Below, one piece after another: positions 16,636 to 20,000 of a stretch of 20,000 nt of DNA. The translations under genes and the position numbers were made by a program. Each line of letters begins with the position of its first letter. Within the stretch, counting starts at the first letter, position 1. Source of the DNA: an uncultured virus (IMG/VR IMGVR_UViG_3300048571_000076) (Duplodnaviria > Heunggongvirae > Uroviricota > Caudoviricetes); IMG/VR virus record IMGVR_UViG_3300048571_000076, one strand, 5' to 3'. The notes below the pieces were generated by a model. The model saw only the letters and a program-made list of their open reading frames with translations. It did no database searches and was not told the origin of the DNA.

Positions 16636-17904
16636 ATGGGTAGATTATATCAAGCATATTTTGCTGATAAAACAGTAGGTATTAAAGAAGAGTTAAATGC
16701 AGGTAAAGAAACAGACAAGGTTAGTAGGATAGGTATTCCTGCTGCTAGTGAATCAAAAGCTACTCGCATTAAGGATATCATACAGAAATCTTCAGCTAAG
16801 AAAAGTAAATCAAATATAGCTTCTTACTTAACATCGGATATAGCAAAATCAAATCCTGATATCACTATTTCTATTTCTTTAGATAAAACATCATTAGGTG
16901 GTAGTAGTCAAGTTAAACCGCATATTGAACCGGATGATGATGATGATGTCGAAGATATGGATAGTATGACTCCTATGGGCACTAAGAGAAAGAAGTCTAT
17001 GGTTAATATGAGTAGAGGAGGAAGAAAGTACTCTAATTTCATATTTGGTTCTATACCGTCTAATGATGAAGCGTATGCAATAGGAGAAGGACGTAAACTA
17101 GGAGAATTAAAACAACCTTATTATGCTAAAAAATATGGGAATATAGGAAGATTAGGAGGTCTTGCTTTAGGAGTAGGTGCAACTGCAGCTTTGCCTCATG
17201 ACATATTTAACACTAATATATTAGCTCCTGAGTTATTTACTATGGGAGCTGGCGGTGCTGTATTAGGTGACTATATAGGTAAGGATATTGGTTCTAATCT
17301 AGCGGTACCTCTAGAAATAGCTAAAGCTACGAAGTTAAAACTATCAGGGATACAAGCCCCTATTCAAAAAAGAATTAATGAATTGAATACCCCTTCTTCA
17401 CTAGTATCTAATGTCACTGAAGAAGTAAGCGATGCTTTAGATTCTACACAAAACATAGGTTCAGATTTACTAGATAATACAGATGAATTTATTGATTCAG
17501 GTAAACAAGTAGGAAAAAGGTTACTTAATAATCCTAATGCACGGTTAGGTGCAAGCGGACTAGGTGTTGCTGGACTTGCAGGTAGTGCAGGTGCTTATTT
17601 GGCTAATAGAAACCAAGAACAATCCAATATGAGTAGTCGTTATGCTCAGGCTCCTCGTGCTTCTTTTAAGCATGGTGTATATCGAGATGCTAGTTTTGGC
17701 ATATTAGATGGTATATCTAAAACTACTGAAACTGGCCCGACTTTAGAAAACTTACGTACAACAGGAAGTGTAGCAGGTGGTCTTGTTGGTGGTTCATTAG
17801 GTGCTGCGCTACCAAATTCTAGAGTTATTAATTCTTTAAGAGATGGTGTTTTTCCTGCTGCAGGGGCTACGACTACTAAACGATACGGAGTTCTCGGTGC
17901 TTAA
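16636..17904 (+). CDS. Multi-module glycine-zipper protein (probable polyprotein)
   Basis: 422 aa; leader MGRLYQAYF; internal MSRGGRKYSNF, MSSRYAQAPRASF and RDASF separate a charged module from Gly-rich modules. Confidence 0.6.
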   Translation: MGRLYQAYFADKTVGIKEELNAGKETDKVSRIGIPAASESKATRIKDIIQKSSAKKSKSNIASYLTSDIAKSNPDITISISLDKTSLGGSSQVKPHIEPDDDDDVEDMDSMTPMGTKRKKSMVNMSRGGRKYSNFIFGSIPSNDEAYAIGEGRKLGELKQPYYAKKYGNIGRLGGLALGVGATAALPHDIFNTNILAPELFTMGAGGAVLGDYIGKDIGSNLAVPLEIAKATKLKLSGIQAPIQKRINELNTPSSLVSNVTEEVSDALDSTQNIGSDLLDNTDEFIDSGKQVGKRLLNNPNARLGASGLGVAGLAGSAGAYLANRNQEQSNMSSRYAQAPRASFKHGVYRDASFGILDGISKTTETGPTLENLRTTGSVAGGLVGGSLGAALPNSRVINSLRDGVFPAAGATTTKRYGVLGA

Positions 17905-17906
17905 TT

Positions 17907-18740
17907 ATGTATAAGCTAGCGAAATTTAATTTAATGGGTAATGTAGCTGCACGTATGTTACCAAATGACCCTAGTAAAGTAATTGATATTGCTCAGAATC
18001 TAGGTAAAGTTAAGAATAAAGTCGCACCTACTCAAGCTGCTTCTACCTTTCTAGGAGGTGTAGATAATCTAGCAGGAGATATTGGTGCTGGTATTGGTGT
18101 TATGACAGCAGCAGGTGGTGCTGGTGTTAACAAGATGTTAGGTGCTAATACTAATCTAGGCAATAAACTCAAACAAATGGGCGTTAACACAGTCTTAGAT
18201 GGTGATAAGAGTAAGTTACTCGGACGAGGTTTACTTGGTACAGGTGCTGCTGCTGCTATTGGTGGTACTGGTTTAGGTGTCAAAGGTTATTTAGATAAAA
18301 ATATGGAGCAAATCCCAGAGGAACTAATGGGCGAAACAGACGCAGAAACGGTACAGAATTGGTTAGCTTATAAAAATGCTAATGGTGGATTTAGTCATAA
18401 ACGATATGTTACTTTTGCCATGCCTGGTTTAGGTATGATGAAAGCAGGTGGTTTACTAGGAGGAGGACTAGGAGGTGTTATGGCGCAAGGTGAAATAGAC
18501 CCTGTAACAGGGCAGCGTAAGTCTGCTAATCTAGGTGATAGATTTAAAGGTGCTTTAGTTGGTGGAGCATTAGGTGCAGGCGCTGGATACGGTGCCTCTA
18601 AAGCTATGCCGCTTGTTAAAAATAATTTAAATAAAGTTAATAATAAGTATGATGTATGGGATTCCACCCCTTCTAACACTCCTAACAAACCTATACTGAA
18701 AGAACCAGGGCAAAAAACAGATTATAGTGTTTGGGATTGA
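17907..18740 (+). CDS. Two-module glycine-zipper protein
   Basis: 277 aa; leader MYKLAKF; linker GGFSHKRYVTF; four Gly-rich hydrophobic segments; ends YDVWD..YSVWD. Confidence 0.6.
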   Translation: MYKLAKFNLMGNVAARMLPNDPSKVIDIAQNLGKVKNKVAPTQAASTFLGGVDNLAGDIGAGIGVMTAAGGAGVNKMLGANTNLGNKLKQMGVNTVLDGDKSKLLGRGLLGTGAAAAIGGTGLGVKGYLDKNMEQIPEELMGETDAETVQNWLAYKNANGGFSHKRYVTFAMPGLGMMKAGGLLGGGLGGVMAQGEIDPVTGQRKSANLGDRFKGALVGGALGAGAGYGASKAMPLVKNNLNKVNNKYDVWDSTPSNTPNKPILKEPGQKTDYSVWD

Positions 18741-18751
18741 TACTAACTACG

Positions 18752-18772
18752 ACATATAGTAGTATTATATAA
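18752..18772 (+). promoter_or_regulatory. Candidate promoter, near-copy of the motif upstream of MuF
   Basis: ACATATAGTAGTATTATATAA in the 18741-18823 intergenic gap. Confidence 0.45.
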
Positions 18773-18823
18773 TAAGAATTAATATACATTGATATATTCA
18801 TAAAAGGATAAATAATAATTACC

Positions 18824-19180
18824 ATGAAAAAAGGTTATAGAACTAATAGTTTAATTGCCTTCTCATCTAATTTACAAACGGCTAATTTTGGTGTAGGTAA
18901 AATTATAGGTGAAGGTATTAATAAAGTTGATGATGCTATTAGATGGGGGTCGGGTCACGCTTCGGAGCAACTAGGTAAAATAGGTGCAGACAAGGGATTT
19001 GGTTTTAGACATAGTATTGGTCAATCCGGTAAAAATTTAGGTGACTCTGCTTGGCAGAATGCTAATAAAATTAGAAACGGGTTAGGTATTGGTGCCGGGG
19101 TGGGTGCAGTTGGTTTAGGTGGTATGGCTCTTGGTTCAAGAGGTCAAAAGCCAAATCAACAACGTCAACCTGGGATGTAA
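18824..19180 (+). CDS. Small glycine-zipper protein
   Basis: 118 aa; AAGGA upstream; leader MKKGYRTNSLIAFSSNLQTANF; C-terminal GLGIGAGVGAVGLGGMALG. Confidence 0.6.
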   Translation: MKKGYRTNSLIAFSSNLQTANFGVGKIIGEGINKVDDAIRWGSGHASEQLGKIGADKGFGFRHSIGQSGKNLGDSAWQNANKIRNGLGIGAGVGAVGLGGMALGSRGQKPNQQRQPGM

Positions 19181-19208
19181 ATTAAGTATAAACAAGGATA
19201 ATAATAAT

Positions 19209-20000
19209 ATGGATTTGAATCCACAAAATGCCTTTGGTGTGTTACTTTTAGACCTTATCGAAGCACAATACGGTGTTATTGATAATGGACTAATTGCTCT
19301 AATGCAAACCACTGGACTAACAGAACAAGAAGTAGTTGGAATCATCAATGGTGATTTAATTGTAGAAAGTGAGCAACTTCTTTCTGGTTTGATTCAGGCA
19401 TTCCCTGATGCTGACCAAGAAGATATCTCTGTTGTAATTGATGTAGCAGTTGGCGTATCGGAATCCGATGCTAACGACCTAGCAACAATGAATCAAGAAG
19501 CTCAACAAACACAAGCTCAACAAGCTCAAGCTCAAGCTGGACAAGGTGCTTCTCCTGAAGCTGCTGGTGGTGGTTATGATGCTGAAGGCGGAATGGGAGC
19601 AGAGGGAGCTGAAGGTGGTTTTGGTAGACGAGGAAATACAGTGAATTTTAGCAGACAAGTTGCCGATACTCTAACACTGCAACAACAACAAATCAATCAA
19701 TTGACAGCAGGAATCTCGAACTTCCAAGCTCAGACAGCTCTAGCTGAAAGATTGAAAGATATTGATACCGTTGCAACTAAGTATGTGAACAATGGTATGT
19801 TGCCTCCTAGCTATAAATTGATGCTAGTTGGTGAGTTTAAGAATGATAAAGAGAGATTGGCTAAGTTCGGTCAAATCGCTCAACAAAATGGTGTTGATGT
19901 TCCATCGATGCTATTCGCTACAGAATATGCAATTAGTATGTTAGCTGATGCGTCTCAGTTTGTTGAATTCTCGGATTACTCTTTGTCGGAAGATGAAGTA
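19209..20000 (+). CDS. Probable capsid scaffold/core protein (3'-truncated; absent from the ORF track)
   Basis: ATG 19209 with AAGGA RBS; open to the window end (264 codons: MDLNPQNAFGVLLLDLIE...SEDEV). Acidic N-domain, Q/A/G linker, GGFGRRGNTVNF, then a coiled-coil-like segment with ISNF, LAKF and VEF. The scaffold call is inferred from composition and position. Confidence 0.55.
   Translation, partial: MDLNPQNAFGVLLLDLIEAQYGVIDNGLIALMQTTGLTEQEVVGIINGDLIVESEQLLSGLIQAFPDADQEDISVVIDVAVGVSESDANDLATMNQEAQQTQAQQAQAQAGQGASPEAAGGGYDAEGGMGAEGAEGGFGRRGNTVNFSRQVADTLTLQQQQINQLTAGISNFQAQTALAERLKDIDTVATKYVNNGMLPPSYKLMLVGEFKNDKERLAKFGQIAQQNGVDVPSMLFATEYAISMLADASQFVEFSDYSLSEDEV

Noticed and set aside
14194..18688. 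Minus-strand Pro/Ala-rich ORFs (14194-14691, 16376-16567, 18032-18283, 18395-18688) and 15236-15526
   Set aside because: Antisense shadows of Gly/Ala-rich + strand genes; no independent motifs.
6905..19180. Leaders as type IV prepilin, double-glycine bacteriocin or Sec signals
   Set aside because: The motif is A-x-F, not G/A-F followed by a hydrophobic helix with Glu5; there is no GG leader consensus, no N-terminal h-region and no transporter or modification enzyme in the window.
16169..19540. Short tandem repeats (GGTGCTGGTGTT x2 at 16169, GAT x5 at ~16934, CAAGCT runs at ~19510)
   Set aside because: Explained by low-complexity peptide coding (GAGV, poly-D, QA); no spacer structure.
1..20000. 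Stop-codon reassignment, tRNA/rRNA genes, CRISPR array, host assignment
   Set aside because: Genes tile densely under code 11 with TAA, TAG and TGA all used as stops; intergenic gaps are under ~120 nt with no such structures; nothing here identifies the host reliably.

Overview
AT-rich, gene-dense window of a tailed (probably large) bacteriophage genome covering part of the virion morphogenesis region; standard code 11 fits. 1-6853: tail-fibre/receptor-binding genes (two paralogous fibre-like proteins, a fibre-assembly chaperone, a multi-LamG protein). 6905-20000: a head module with a MuF/SPP1-gp7-type head morphogenesis gene, a Mu-gpI-like prohead protease, a probable scaffold running off the end, two minus-strand DNA-binding genes (HU/IHF-like, XRE HTH) and eight Gly/Ala-rich glycine-zipper proteins. 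Two things stand out. (1) The MuF gene carries a 334-aa intein whose endonuclease (HTH + NUMOD3-like + PD-(D/E)XK) is not in the intein frame but is overprinted in the +1 frame, with a candidate internal RBS/TTG start and codon-level signs that both frames are kept open. (2) Almost every head-module protein has a short basic leader and/or internal linker ending in [A/S/V/I]-x-F. This suggests a Phe-specific prohead-protease processing and capsid-targeting system delivering a cocktail of membrane-active cargo modules, some encoded as polyproteins. All family calls come from motifs recognised by eye; no searches were run.
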